A stretch of 64,000 nucleotides of DNA, taken from the sequence record NC_104190.1, one strand, 5' to 3'. The position numbers and the translations under genes were made by a program. The notes under the pieces were generated by a model. It searched no databases and was not told the DNA's origin. It saw only the letters and a program-made list of their open reading frames with translations. Source of the DNA: Escherichia phage IME178. Below, one piece after another: positions 18,982 through 28,915 of this stretch; positions within the stretch are counted from its first letter, which is position 1; every line of letters starts with the position of its first letter.

Positions 18982-19010
18982 TTGCTTAATCCTATAATTC
19001 TTGATATAAT
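18982..19010 (+). promoter_or_regulatory. T5-type early promoter
   Basis: TTGCTT-17-TATAAT. Confidence 0.5.
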
Positions 19011-19067
19011 ATTCTCATAGTTTGAAAGAACTATTCTGTTTAATTCTTAATTAAGGAAATATAAAAT

Positions 19068-19478
19068 ATGACTACTCCAACTCAGTGGACTGATGAACTG
19101 TTCGAAAAAATGTCTTCCGAATACGTTGCTCGTATGGAACAATTCCCAGAGGATGAACGTCCTGGTGTTAGCATGGAAATTGTTAGCGAAATTGCCCAGG
19201 AAAATGGTGTAACTCCGAACGGTTTTCGTATGAAGCTAACTAAAGCAGGTTTGTATATCAAGAAAGCTGCTGGCTCTGCTTCTAAATCTAGTGCATCTAC
19301 TGGAGAAAAAGCTTCTGGTGGTTCTCGCACTTCTAAAGCTCAAGCTCATGCCGACCTTCGTTCAGCATTCTCTGATGCTGGCCTAGCACCAGATTTTCTG
19401 GATGATGCAATTATCGACAAACTGACCGGTAAAGCGGCTGCTCATCTGGCAGAAGCAATCCGAGCTATCACTAAGTAA
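19068..19478 (+). CDS. hypothetical protein
   Basis: 136 aa; Ser/Ala-rich linker in the middle. Confidence 0.5.
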   Translation: MTTPTQWTDELFEKMSSEYVARMEQFPEDERPGVSMEIVSEIAQENGVTPNGFRMKLTKAGLYIKKAAGSASKSSASTGEKASGGSRTSKAQAHADLRSAFSDAGLAPDFLDDAIIDKLTGKAAAHLAEAIRAITK

Positions 19479-19514
19479 TTTTTAGATAAATCCACCAACA
19501 AAAGGAACACAGTT

Positions 19515-19811
19515 ATGACCAAAGCTGAAATTATCGCACAATGTGAAAAATTTGGTGAGTTTTATCTTCATTACGAGAAACTTCGTCAGAAAGGAACCAC
19601 ATACCTTCAGGGTACGATGGAATTTGATCCAGCCCAAGATAAATATCTAGCTGAGCGTATTAAACGTGAACGTATTCGTAAAGCGAAAGATGATGAGATC
19701 CTTGTCTTCTCTCGTACTAATGATAGTTTCCGTTTTATTCCTGTCGAGAAAGTCCGTCGTGTGACTAGCCTCCAATCAGAGTTAGATCGTGCTTCTCCAG
19801 TAGGCCGATAA
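19515..19811 (+). CDS. hypothetical protein
   Basis: 98 aa; RBS aaaggaacac before ATG. Confidence 0.5.
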   Translation: MTKAEIIAQCEKFGEFYLHYEKLRQKGTTYLQGTMEFDPAQDKYLAERIKRERIRKAKDDEILVFSRTNDSFRFIPVEKVRRVTSLQSELDRASPVGR

Positions 19812-19821
19812 GAAACCAATT

Positions 19822-19845
19822 AGCCCCTATATGGGGCTTTTTGTG
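19822..19845 (+). terminator. rho-independent terminator
   Basis: agcccc-tatat-ggggct then TTTTTG. Confidence 0.55.
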
Positions 19846-19861
19846 TATTTGGAATATGTAA

Positions 19862-20170
19862 ATGAGCGAACAGGTAAATCAAAACTATGAAGGACACGTT
19901 GATGACCAGTCCATCATACTTTGGGAGAAGGAGGGAGAACAAGTAAGATTAACAGTATCTGAATTTCGTGGGAATCTATACATGGGTATTCGTTACTGGC
20001 TTCTTGATATTAATGATGAATGGTTTCCAACGAAATCTGGCTTCTCTTTTCCTTACACCCTAGAAACAACATCACAGCTTTTCTATGCGTTTACACAGAT
20101 TCTTAGCGAATCTGAGGTTTTACATGAAGTACAGAAACGAGCTGAAGAACTCAAAGCCAAGAATGCCTAG
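19862..20170 (+). CDS. PC4/YdbC-like ssDNA-binding protein (putative)
   Basis: VRLTVSEFRGNLYMGIRYWLLD...PTKSGFSF follows the PC4 C-terminal domain pattern. Confidence 0.5.
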   Translation: MSEQVNQNYEGHVDDQSIILWEKEGEQVRLTVSEFRGNLYMGIRYWLLDINDEWFPTKSGFSFPYTLETTSQLFYAFTQILSESEVLHEVQKRAEELKAKNA

Positions 20171-20184
20171 TTCTTGGCTTTTTC
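20156..20184 (+). terminator. rho-independent terminator
   Basis: gccaagaa-tgcctag-ttcttggc then TTTTTC. Confidence 0.55.
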
Positions 20185-20197
20185 TTTATAAATGTAT

Positions 20198-20226
20198 TTG
20201 CTTTCAACTCAGTTTTATTATATAAT
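20198..20226 (+). promoter_or_regulatory. T5-type early promoter
   Basis: TTGCTT-17-TATAAT plus conserved TATAAATTGA leader. Confidence 0.55.
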
Positions 20227-20257
20227 ATTTATATAAATTGATGAGAGATATAAATAA

Positions 20258-21228
20258 ATGACTAATGTAAAAGACTTTATTAAACGCTGTCAAGAAGCAT
20301 ATTATCAAGGTATGTCTTTAATCTCTGACGAAGAATATGATCGTCTGATTAAAAGATTTCCATTAGAAGAAGAGATCGGGCCTAAGGGTGATATTCCACA
20401 TCTGTATCGTATGTATTCTTTACAGAAAGTTTATTATAATCGTGGAGATAAACCTCCGTTCAACCCGTTAGGTCAGGTAGAAACTGATAAGTTAGATGGT
20501 TGTGCGATTTCTCTGTTATATATTAATGGAGAATTTGTTCAAGCACTAACTCGTGGTAATGGTATTCTAGGGAATGATGTCACAAGCAACGTAAGATTGC
20601 TGAATATCCCTAAAAAGATTTCCCAAAAAGTACCTACTCAAATCACTGGTGAAGTTCTAATTACAAAAGAAGTAGAAAATAAACGTAACTTTGCCTCTGG
20701 TGCTATTAACCTCAAAGATAGCGATGATTTCGTACAACGTATTGGGGAAGGTGGTTTAATCTTCGTTGCATATGGTATCCAGTGTTCTGCTGAATCTGTA
20801 GGTATTACAGAAGCGTACTTAAAAGATATGCTCTGGCTGGAGAATGAGACTTCTTAACAGTTGTTAATGTGCGTTCCTTCTTTAAGTGGATTCCGACGGA
20901 TGGTAAAGTTGTTCGTATTAATGACAACAACAAATTCTTCCGTGAAGGCTGGACTAATAAATTTCCTCGTGGAGCATTCGCTATTAAAGAAGATGAAGAA
21001 GGCGAGATTACAACTCTTACTAAAGTTGAATGGCAGGTAGGGGCTTCTGGTAAAGTAACTCCAGTTGGTTATTTCGAATCGGTAATTATTGATGATGCTA
21101 CAATTGTTAAGGCGACTCTTAATAACGTTGATTATATTAACTCTCTTGATCTAGAGATCGGTTGCCAGATTCGAGTAATTCGTGCTGGTGGTGTAATCCC
21201 GTGCATAGTAGAGCGAGTATACGATTAA
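20258..21228 (+). CDS. lig: NAD-dependent DNA ligase, adenylation + OB-fold part (subunit A), frame-interrupted
   Basis: KxDG (DKLDG), [14 protein letters not shown]; OB-fold/motif IV segment [11 protein letters not shown]...[11 protein letters not shown] is in a different frame from 20869 (GTG); frame change lies in 20848..20854. Confidence 0.65.
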
Positions 21229-21280
21229 TATATGTAACCCTTTGCTACCCATCTACCATATAGGAATTATAAAGTGGTTA

Positions 21281-21309
21281 TTGACATTTTCGCCGCTTAG
21301 GTATATACT
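21281..21309 (+). promoter_or_regulatory. sigma70-type promoter
   Basis: TTGACA-17-TATACT. Confidence 0.5.
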
Positions 21310-21373
21310 ATTATCATTCAGTTGAGGGATAGAAAGTTATGGCGAGGGTAAGCAAAGTTAGTTAAAATTGTAG

Positions 21374-21402
21374 TTGCTAAATGCTTAAATACTTGCTATA
21401 AT
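21374..21402 (+). promoter_or_regulatory. T5-type early promoter
   Basis: TTGCTA-17-TATAAT plus conserved leader TTTATATAAATTGATAAGGAAG. Confidence 0.55.
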
Positions 21403-21429
21403 ATTTATATAAATTGATAAGGAAGAAAT

Positions 21430-22203
21430 TTGATGAAAATCGAAATTCCAACACAATGTCCCTCTTGTGGTTCTAAGCTAGATCTTGTCAATGGACAATT
21501 ATTCTGTCGTAATAAGTCCAACTGTCCAGCGCAATCAAGTAAGTTAATTGAGAACTTCTGTACAAAAATGAAGTTAAAGGGCTTTGGTCCAAAAACTATT
21601 GAGAAGCTGGAGCTGACGAAGATTTCAGAACTATTTTACCTAACCGAACAAGATTTGGTTAGAGCCGTGGGTAGCAAGGTTGCCGCTAAGTTAATTAGCG
21701 AATTAAATACTAAAGTTCGCGGAGACATTGACTTTGGTTCAGTTCTCGGTTCTTTAGGAATCCCTCTAATAGGAGAGGTTGCAGCAAAGAAATTATCCCA
21801 AAATTGCAACAGCTTCCATGATGTGAAGGCTGACGGCAAGGCTGGAGAAAACTATAAAGCCTGGCTAAATTCCCCACAAGGCAAGGATGTTATCGAACTA
21901 CCGTGGAAATTCTCAACTGGTGCTAAAGCTAAAACCGTCGTTACTGATGATTTAGTTGCCCAGCCAAATGGAATCGCGGTATGTATTACCGGGTCTTTGC
22001 AAGACTTTGCAAATAGAACGGATGCAACAAACTATTTAGAAGGTCTAGGATATACGGTTAAGAAATCCGTTACCAAAGACGTCAAATACCTGATCTGTGA
22101 GGATGAATCAAAACGTTCTTCCTCATCTTATAAGAAAGCCGAAACGAATGGGATAGAAATCCTGTCGATTAAAGAACTATTGGAGAAAAATAATAATGTC
22201 TAA
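21430..22203 (+). CDS. lig: NAD-dependent DNA ligase, Zn-finger/HhH/BRCT part (subunit B)
   Basis: Cys4 zinc finger (CPSCGSKLDL...CRNKSNCPAQ), HhH-like segments, C-terminal BRCT-like region. Confidence 0.7.
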   Translation: MMKIEIPTQCPSCGSKLDLVNGQLFCRNKSNCPAQSSKLIENFCTKMKLKGFGPKTIEKLELTKISELFYLTEQDLVRAVGSKVAAKLISELNTKVRGDIDFGSVLGSLGIPLIGEVAAKKLSQNCNSFHDVKADGKAGENYKAWLNSPQGKDVIELPWKFSTGAKAKTVVTDDLVAQPNGIAVCITGSLQDFANRTDATNYLEGLGYTVKKSVTKDVKYLICEDESKRSSSSYKKAETNGIEILSIKELLEKNNNV

Positions 22204-22963
22204 ACTGAACTGGAACGTAGAAGGTGTAACCGAGTCTCTGAAAGCAAAAGCCACTGCTCTGGGTGTTTCTGTAATCTCTCAAGAACAAGTAGCTGCTATC
22301 GCTGCTGAACTGGCTGCTGAAACTGGCAAAGATGTTACTGCTCGCTCTGTTGGCTCTAAACTGCGTAAAGAAGGTTTTGAAGTACAGAAAGCTAACGAAG
22401 TACAGAAATCCCCGTGGACTCCTGAGCAGGAAGCTGAACTGGTTGATTTCCTGAACGCTCATGCTGGTCAGTATACCTATGCTGAAATCGCTGCTGCTGT
22501 AGCTGGTGGTCAGTTCGGTGCTAAGCAGGTACAGGGTAAGATTCTGAGCCTGGAAATGACCGCTTCTGTTAAGCCAACCGAAAAAGCTGCTGCTGTTCGT
22601 TCCTTCACTCCGGATGAAGAAACTGATTTTGTTAATCAGGTTGTTGCTGGTGCTACTATTGAAGCTATCGCTGCTCACTTCGGTCGTAATATCAAGCAGA
22701 TCCGTGGTAAAGCTCTGAGCCTGCTTCGTGAAGGTCGTATCGCTGCTATGCCGGTACAGGAAACTTCAAGTGCTAAAACTCGTGAAGATTTGTTAGAAGG
22801 TCTGGATCTGGTTAACATGACTGTTGCTGAGATCGCTGAGAAAACTGGTAAGTCTGAGCGCGGTGTTAAATCTATGCTGTCTCGTCGTGGTCTGGTTGCT
22901 AAGGACTATGATGGTGCCGCTAAGCGTGCTAAACTGGATGCAAAAGCTGCGGCTGCTGAATAA
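22196..22963 (+). CDS. hypothetical protein with four tandem HTH-like modules
   Basis: 255 aa, ~60-aa repeats of T..EIA...G...........L pattern; strongly E. coli-optimal codons (ctg, ggt, cgt, gct). Confidence 0.5.
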   Translation: MSKLNWNVEGVTESLKAKATALGVSVISQEQVAAIAAELAAETGKDVTARSVGSKLRKEGFEVQKANEVQKSPWTPEQEAELVDFLNAHAGQYTYAEIAAAVAGGQFGAKQVQGKILSLEMTASVKPTEKAAAVRSFTPDEETDFVNQVVAGATIEAIAAHFGRNIKQIRGKALSLLREGRIAAMPVQETSSAKTREDLLEGLDLVNMTVAEIAEKTGKSERGVKSMLSRRGLVAKDYDGAAKRAKLDAKAAAAE

Positions 22964-22979
22964 TCTGGTAAATTAAACC

Positions 22980-23012
22980 TAAGGGGAGGGGGCTATGCTC
23001 CTTCCCCTTTTT
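22980..23012 (+). terminator. terminator-like hairpin
   Basis: aaggggagg...ccttcccctt stem followed by TTTTT. Confidence 0.4.
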
Positions 23013-23045
23013 GCATTTAGAAGGCACGAAAGCGTGCAAAGGAGA

Positions 23046-24518
23046 ATGACCTTGTTTAACGTGCAAGCTGTAGTGTTGAAGATGCTTCTAGCTTCTGAAC
23101 AGAAGCAAATAGCATTGGAAACATTCTCAAAACTGCATAAAGATCATTTTAATGACGCTTTCTCCTCAATTTACCAAGCCGTCCAGAATTATTATAAAAA
23201 ATATAACACAATGCCGTCCATTGACGCACTGATGCTTGAAGCTAATAGGAACGCCCGCCTTTCTCAAGCTCTAGTCGTCTTAGCTAACACTCAAATTCCA
23301 GAAGTGAGCATGGAACAGGCACTTGAAGTCCTAGAGGCTGAATATACACAGGATTTATTCCTGAAGCTTCTAGAAACAGACGTGCTTCAAGATTTAACAA
23401 TGCTGGATCAGGGAGAAATTCTCAACCGAGTTGCCTCCCTTCACTTAAAATTAGAAGAGAAAGTAACGAATACTGGAAAAGTATTCAACGCAGATAACAT
23501 GCGTATTTTCCAGAGAGAAGAAGATACCAAACTGAACCTAATCGCTCTTGGTATTTGTAATGAGTTTGACGCTCAAATTGGTTTAGCTCGCACAGAAACG
23601 TTACTGCTTGGTGGTTGGCGTGGTACTGGTAAATCCATTATCTGTTCAAACATACAGGTTCAGCAATATTTGAATGGAGATATTGCTCCATACTTCTCAA
23701 TTGAGATGAAAGAACATGAAGTATTTAGACGTAATCTAGCCATGTTAGCTGGTGTATCCGCACTAGCAATGCGTAATAATACTCTAGAAGGTGCAGCTCT
23801 GCTGAGATTAGCCAGAACTAGAGCTAGAATGTTTAATGGCGGTGAAGAGCTTTTCGATAACTTCGTTAAACAGTACACAATGGCTAAGATGAGTGATTTC
23901 TACGATATGGAGAGTAAACTAATAGAAGGGTATGAACTACATACTCCTATGATTATCGTTTATGACCCTGAACTGTCCATTACAACAGTTGATGTAGAAT
24001 TAAATAAATTAGTTGCTAGATATGGTGATAAAGTTACAGTAGCTTTATTGGACTATATTAACCAAACCCGACTTCCAGACTCTAAAACCATTGATATGTA
24101 TGACTGGAAAGAACAGATGGTTGTTAGCTCGTCTTTCAAATCTATCTGCCAGAAACATAACGTGGCTGGCGTAGCTCCTTACCAGATCGATCAAGATGGT
24201 AGAACACGTATGTCAAAGGGTATTCTTGATTCCGCAGACATGGCTGCTAATCTTAATGCTGCAAAAGCTGATAATGGTCAAGGTGCTATTATGTTTGACT
24301 TCGTTAAGACTCGTTCTTCTGATAGCGTGAAGTTTATGCCTAAAATGAACTGGGAAACCTTGCGGATGGATAACACTACCAACCTAGCGATGGAAGATAT
24401 ATCTCAAATGGAAGCTGAGTTCGTTATCCCTATTGAGAAGGATAAGCCGGCTCAACCTAAACGTGCTAAGAAAGACAAAACCGAAAATTCAACAGGTGAA
24501 CAGGCCAGCGATATATGA
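23046..24518 (+). CDS. DnaB-like replicative helicase
   Basis: Walker A GGWRGTGKS, FSIEM (DnaB FSLEM-like), LDYINQTR; start set at ATG 23046 (RBS aaaggaga) instead of 22995. Confidence 0.7.
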   Translation: MTLFNVQAVVLKMLLASEQKQIALETFSKLHKDHFNDAFSSIYQAVQNYYKKYNTMPSIDALMLEANRNARLSQALVVLANTQIPEVSMEQALEVLEAEYTQDLFLKLLETDVLQDLTMLDQGEILNRVASLHLKLEEKVTNTGKVFNADNMRIFQREEDTKLNLIALGICNEFDAQIGLARTETLLLGGWRGTGKSIICSNIQVQQYLNGDIAPYFSIEMKEHEVFRRNLAMLAGVSALAMRNNTLEGAALLRLARTRARMFNGGEELFDNFVKQYTMAKMSDFYDMESKLIEGYELHTPMIIVYDPELSITTVDVELNKLVARYGDKVTVALLDYINQTRLPDSKTIDMYDWKEQMVVSSSFKSICQKHNVAGVAPYQIDQDGRTRMSKGILDSADMAANLNAAKADNGQGAIMFDFVKTRSSDSVKFMPKMNWETLRMDNTTNLAMEDISQMEAEFVIPIEKDKPAQPKRAKKDKTENSTGEQASDI

Positions 24519-25406
24519 GTAGAATAACAGAACTACTTGATCTGAAAGGCATTGAATATAAAGACACAGGTGGGGACATCCTCATCTGTTGTCTCAATCC
24601 AGATCATGACGATAAACACCCAAGTTTGCGTATTGATCCTGAAACAGGTATTATGCACTGCTTGAGTTGTGGCTTCGGTAAAGGTATACCGAGCATTTAC
24701 CATTATTTTAATGAGACTCAGTACCGACAGTCCCCAAGGCTATCGCAAGTACGTAAAAAGATTTCAGAGATTAGGAATGGGTCAACGAATCTTGCAATTC
24801 CTGAATCTGCTTACCTTTTCGAAGGTGATTTCCGAGGTATAAGTTCTAAGACCTTGAAGAAATATTTTGCTTTCCAACACCAAGCAGACTGGGAAGGCAG
24901 AATTGTATTCCCAATCACAGATGCTGTTGGACGCAATATCCTATTTTTGGGTCGTTCTATAAACAGTTCTGCCCCTCCTAAATACTTAGTAAAACCAAAA
25001 CAAGTTTCACCACCAATTTTTCCTGTACGATATAATACCCCAATTCTTATTCTAGTTGAAGGTATCTTTGATATGCTGAATCTAGAGGATAATGGTATAG
25101 ACTATGCTTCTTGTTGCTTCGGTACACATCAGTTTACTTCAGATAACATTGCAGATAAGTTTAGTCCGTATATTATTGCTGGTGTTAAAGTTGTTGTTAT
25201 CTTACTAGATAATGATGCTTCTGGTAATAAAGCTGCACAAGCACTGGCTAAGCTAATTCGTACAAAAAACGCGTTTAACACCTGTAGTTGCTAACTTTCT
25301 TCTGCCTGAAGGTAAAGACCCAGGTGACTTAAGTAAAGAAGAAATTGATATGTTAGCAAAACGTATTGAAATTTTAGTTGCTGAATCGCTTAAAGATTTG
25401 GTATAA
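24515..25406 (+). CDS. DnaG-type DNA primase (zinc finger + TOPRIM), frame-interrupted
   Basis: CHC2 zinc finger CCLNPDHDDKHPSLRID...HCLSCGFGKG; TOPRIM LLDNDASGNKAA; C-terminal VVANFLLPEGKDPGDL lies in +1 frame after A6 run 25263-25268. Confidence 0.7.
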
Positions 25407-25455
25407 TAGTCCTAAATAACTGAGGAGCTACTATGGAATATGTATATATATTTAT

Positions 25456-25764
25456 GTGGATGTTCCAGTGTATGATAGTATAACACACAAAGAGGTTAAA
25501 CTAGAGCGGTTTACAACACTGGAGTCCCTTAATAAACGAAAGAATTTCCATTTATTTGGTGATCCTAAATTACCTGCATCTTATATTTACTTTAAAGTAA
25601 AAGATACAGGTCAAGAGGTATACCTAACATATGATTGGGCTGTTGTAGAAAATACTGAGCAATCTATGAAAGCGCTAGATGCTTTTCTGCGTATAGATGA
25701 AGAATTTCGGGTACTAGAAAAGCAGCGCAATGAAATGCGTAAATTACTTCACACCTATAAATAG
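25456..25764 (+). CDS. hypothetical protein
   Basis: 102-aa ORF from GTG without RBS; a well-placed ATG 25433 (RBS tgaggag) is in another frame, so the start is uncertain. Confidence 0.4.
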   Translation: MDVPVYDSITHKEVKLERFTTLESLNKRKNFHLFGDPKLPASYIYFKVKDTGQEVYLTYDWAVVENTEQSMKALDAFLRIDEEFRVLEKQRNEMRKLLHTYK

Positions 25765-25767
25765 TAT

Positions 25768-25796
25768 TTGCTATTATCCCAATATTTTGATATAAT
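25768..25796 (+). promoter_or_regulatory. T5-type early promoter for DNA polymerase
   Basis: TTGCTA-17-TATAAT. Confidence 0.5.
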
Positions 25797-25857
25797 ATAT
25801 TGGTAAGTTAGAGAAGAAACACTGAAGTTATACTTACTTACCAAGAGGAGATTAAAT

Positions 25858-28425
25858 TTGAAAATCGCAGTAGTTGATAAAGCTCTAAATAACACTCGTT
25901 ATGATAAACATTTCCAGCTATACGGCGAGGAAGTTGATGTATTCCATATGTGTAACGAGAAGTTATCTGGTCGTTTGCTTAAAAAGCACATTACTATTGG
26001 AACACCAGAAAACCCATTTGATCCGAATGATTATGATTTTGTTATACTAGTAGGTGCTGAACCTTTCCTGTATTTCGCAGGTAAGAAAGGCATTGGTGAC
26101 TATACTGGTAAACGTGTAGAGTATAATGGATATGCTAACTGGATTGCGAGTATCAGCCCAGCCCAGTTACACTTTAAACCTGAAATGAAACCAGTTTTCG
26201 ATGCAACAGTAGAAAATATCCACGATATTATCAATGGTCGTGAGAAGGTTGCAAAAGCTGGTGATTATCGTCCTATTACTGACCCTGAGGAGGCAGAAGA
26301 ATATATCAAGATGGTGTATAATATGGTTATCGGACCTGTCGCATTCGACTCCGAAACCTCAGCACTATACTGTCGAGATGGTTATCTGCTTGGTGTTTCT
26401 ATGTCTCACCAAGAGTATCAGGGTGTGTATATCGATTCTGATTGTCTCACAGAGGTTGCAGTATATTATCTCCAGAAAATTCTGGACAGTGAAAACCACA
26501 CTATTGTTTTTCACAACTTGAAGTTCGATATGCACTTTTATAAGTACCATCTGGGGCTTACTTTTGATAAAGCGCATAAAGAACGCAGGCTCCATGATAC
26601 CATGTTGCAGCACTATGTTCTAGATGAGCGTCGTGGTACTCATGGCTTAAAATCTCTAGCTATGAAGTACACCGATATGGGTGACTATGACTTCGAACTA
26701 GATAAGTTTAAAGATGATTACTGCAAAGCACATAAAATTAAGAAAGAAGATTTCAGCTATGATCTGATTCCTTTTGATATTATGTGGCCATATGCTGCAA
26801 AAGATACAGATGCTACTCTACGTCTTCATAACTTCTTCTTACCAAAAATTGAGAAGAATGAAAAACTTTGCAGTCTGTATTATGATGTTCTAATGCCTGG
26901 TTGTGTATTTCTCCAGCGTGTTGAGGATCGTGGTGTACCTATTTCTATTGATCGTTTAAAAGAAGCTCAGTACCAGTTAACCCATAATCTGAATAAAGCT
27001 CGTGAAAAGCTGTATACTTATCCAGAAGTCGTTCAGCTAGAGAAAGATCAGAACGAAGCATTTAATCCTAACTCTGTTAAGCAGCTACGTGTTCTTCTGT
27101 TTGACTATGTTGGCTTAACTCCAACAGGTAAACTGACGGATACTGGAGCAGACTCTACAGATGCAGAAGCTCTGAACGAATTGTCTACGCAGCATCCAAT
27201 TGCTAAGACTCTACTAGAGATTCGTAAGCTGACTAAGCTGATCTCTACTTATGTTGAGAAAATTCTTCTGAGCATTGATGCAGATGGTTGCATTCGTACT
27301 GGCTTCCACGAACACATGACTACTTCTGGTCGTCTGAGTTCTTCTGGTAAACTGAACCTGCAACAGTTACCTCGTGATGAATCTATTATCAAGGGTTGTG
27401 TAGTAGCTCCTCCGGGGTACCGTGTAATCGCGTGGGACTTAACAACTGCGGAAGTTTATTATGCTGCTGTTCTATCTGGTGATAGAAATATGCAACAGGT
27501 ATTTATCAACATGAGAAATGAACCTGATAAATACCCGGACTTCCACTCTAACATCGCACACATGGTATTTAAGCTCCAATGCGAACCCCGTGATGTTAAA
27601 AAGCTGTTCCCAGCTTTGCGTCAAGCAGCTAAAGCAATCACCTTTGGTATTCTGTATGGTTCTGGCCCAGCTAAAGTAGCTCATTCTGTTAACGAAGCTC
27701 TTCTGGAACAGGCTGCTAAGACAGGCGAACCGTTTGTAGAATGTACGGTTGCAGATGCTAAAGAGTATATCGAAACTTACTTCGGTCAGTTCCCACAGCT
27801 TAAGCGTTGGATTGATAAGTGCCACGATCAGATCAAGAATCATGGATTTATCTATAGTCACTTTGGTCGTAAGCGTCGTCTGCACAATATCCACTCCGAA
27901 GACCGTGGTGTTCAGGGTGAGGAAATCCGTTCTGGATTTAACGCAATCATTCAGTCTGCTTCTTCTGATAGTCTCCTTTTAGGTGCTGTAGATGCAGATA
28001 ATGAGATCATTTCTCTTGGCCTAGAACAAGAGATGAAGATTGTTATGCTAGTTCACGACTCCGTAGTTGCTATTGTTCGTGAGGATTTGATCGACCAATA
28101 CAATGAAATCTTGATTCGTAATATTCAGAAAGACCGCGGTATTAGTATTCCTGGCTGTCCGATTGGTATTGATTCAGATTCTGAAGCTGGAGGTTCTCGC
28201 GACTACTCTTGTGGTAAGATGAAGAAACAGCACCCATCAATCGCTTGTATTGATGATGATGAATATACTCGTTATGTCAAGGGTGTATTACTTGACGCAG
28301 AATTCGAGTATAAGAAACTAGCTGCAATGGATAAAGAGCATCCAGATCATAGCAAATACAAGGATGATAAGTTTATTGCTGTATGTAAAGATTTGGATAA
28401 CGTGAGAAGGATTCTCGGTGCTTGA
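25858..28425 (+). CDS. DNA polymerase, family A (T5-type)
   Basis: 855 aa (the size I recall for T5 polymerase); conserved 3'-5' exo and Pol A segments (FDSETS, RQAAKAITFGILYG, HDS); TTG start after RBS agaggag. Confidence 0.9.
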   Translation: MKIAVVDKALNNTRYDKHFQLYGEEVDVFHMCNEKLSGRLLKKHITIGTPENPFDPNDYDFVILVGAEPFLYFAGKKGIGDYTGKRVEYNGYANWIASISPAQLHFKPEMKPVFDATVENIHDIINGREKVAKAGDYRPITDPEEAEEYIKMVYNMVIGPVAFDSETSALYCRDGYLLGVSMSHQEYQGVYIDSDCLTEVAVYYLQKILDSENHTIVFHNLKFDMHFYKYHLGLTFDKAHKERRLHDTMLQHYVLDERRGTHGLKSLAMKYTDMGDYDFELDKFKDDYCKAHKIKKEDFSYDLIPFDIMWPYAAKDTDATLRLHNFFLPKIEKNEKLCSLYYDVLMPGCVFLQRVEDRGVPISIDRLKEAQYQLTHNLNKAREKLYTYPEVVQLEKDQNEAFNPNSVKQLRVLLFDYVGLTPTGKLTDTGADSTDAEALNELSTQHPIAKTLLEIRKLTKLISTYVEKILLSIDADGCIRTGFHEHMTTSGRLSSSGKLNLQQLPRDESIIKGCVVAPPGYRVIAWDLTTAEVYYAAVLSGDRNMQQVFINMRNEPDKYPDFHSNIAHMVFKLQCEPRDVKKLFPALRQAAKAITFGILYGSGPAKVAHSVNEALLEQAAKTGEPFVECTVADAKEYIETYFGQFPQLKRWIDKCHDQIKNHGFIYSHFGRKRRLHNIHSEDRGVQGEEIRSGFNAIIQSASSDSLLLGAVDADNEIISLGLEQEMKIVMLVHDSVVAIVREDLIDQYNEILIRNIQKDRGISIPGCPIGIDSDSEAGGSRDYSCGKMKKQHPSIACIDDDEYTRYVKGVLLDAEFEYKKLAAMDKEHPDHSKYKDDKFIAVCKDLDNVRRILGA

Positions 28426-28915
28426 TTTCAAATTGCCCGTATATGCTTTACGGGCTTTTGTATCAATTGAGCAAGAAGGTGATTATTCCGTAATTACAAC
28501 AAGATATAATAAATATGTGCTAGATAACAGGAAGTTGCCTGGCACTTTTTCTCAACGTAGGCTTATTCTATTTGAGAAACGGAAAGAATTACCATATAAG
28601 CTCTATCCTATTAGAGGTAGAATATCAATGTTGTCTCAATTAGTTGGGTCAAAGCGTAGCCAATTTATAGATTCTGATGGAAATCTTATTAACTGGAAGA
28701 AAACTACGTTCTATGATGTTGTCACCTCTAAAGTTTTGCATTCAGCTAGAATTTATAACGGAAAATACCAATGCTATGTAGCTAAAGTTCCGTATCCATT
28801 TGTATTATCCTATGTTCCAGCTTATATAAGCTATATTCTGGTAAATAATAGCCCTGTTATTTATCAAGTCCATCAAGAGGAGCCTGAAATTCCTAGACTT
28901 AGAATAAAATTATGA
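28418..28915 (+). CDS. hypothetical protein
   Basis: 165-aa ORF overlapping polymerase stop. Confidence 0.45.
   Translation: MLDFKLPVYALRAFVSIEQEGDYSVITTRYNKYVLDNRKLPGTFSQRRLILFEKRKELPYKLYPIRGRISMLSQLVGSKRSQFIDSDGNLINWKKTTFYDVVTSKVLHSARIYNGKYQCYVAKVPYPFVLSYVPAYISYILVNNSPVIYQVHQEEPEIPRLRIKL

Noticed and set aside
22995-23045. Annotated helicase start at ATG 22995
   Set aside because: That ATG lies inside the terminator-like hairpin; ATG 23046 has a strong RBS (aaaggaga).
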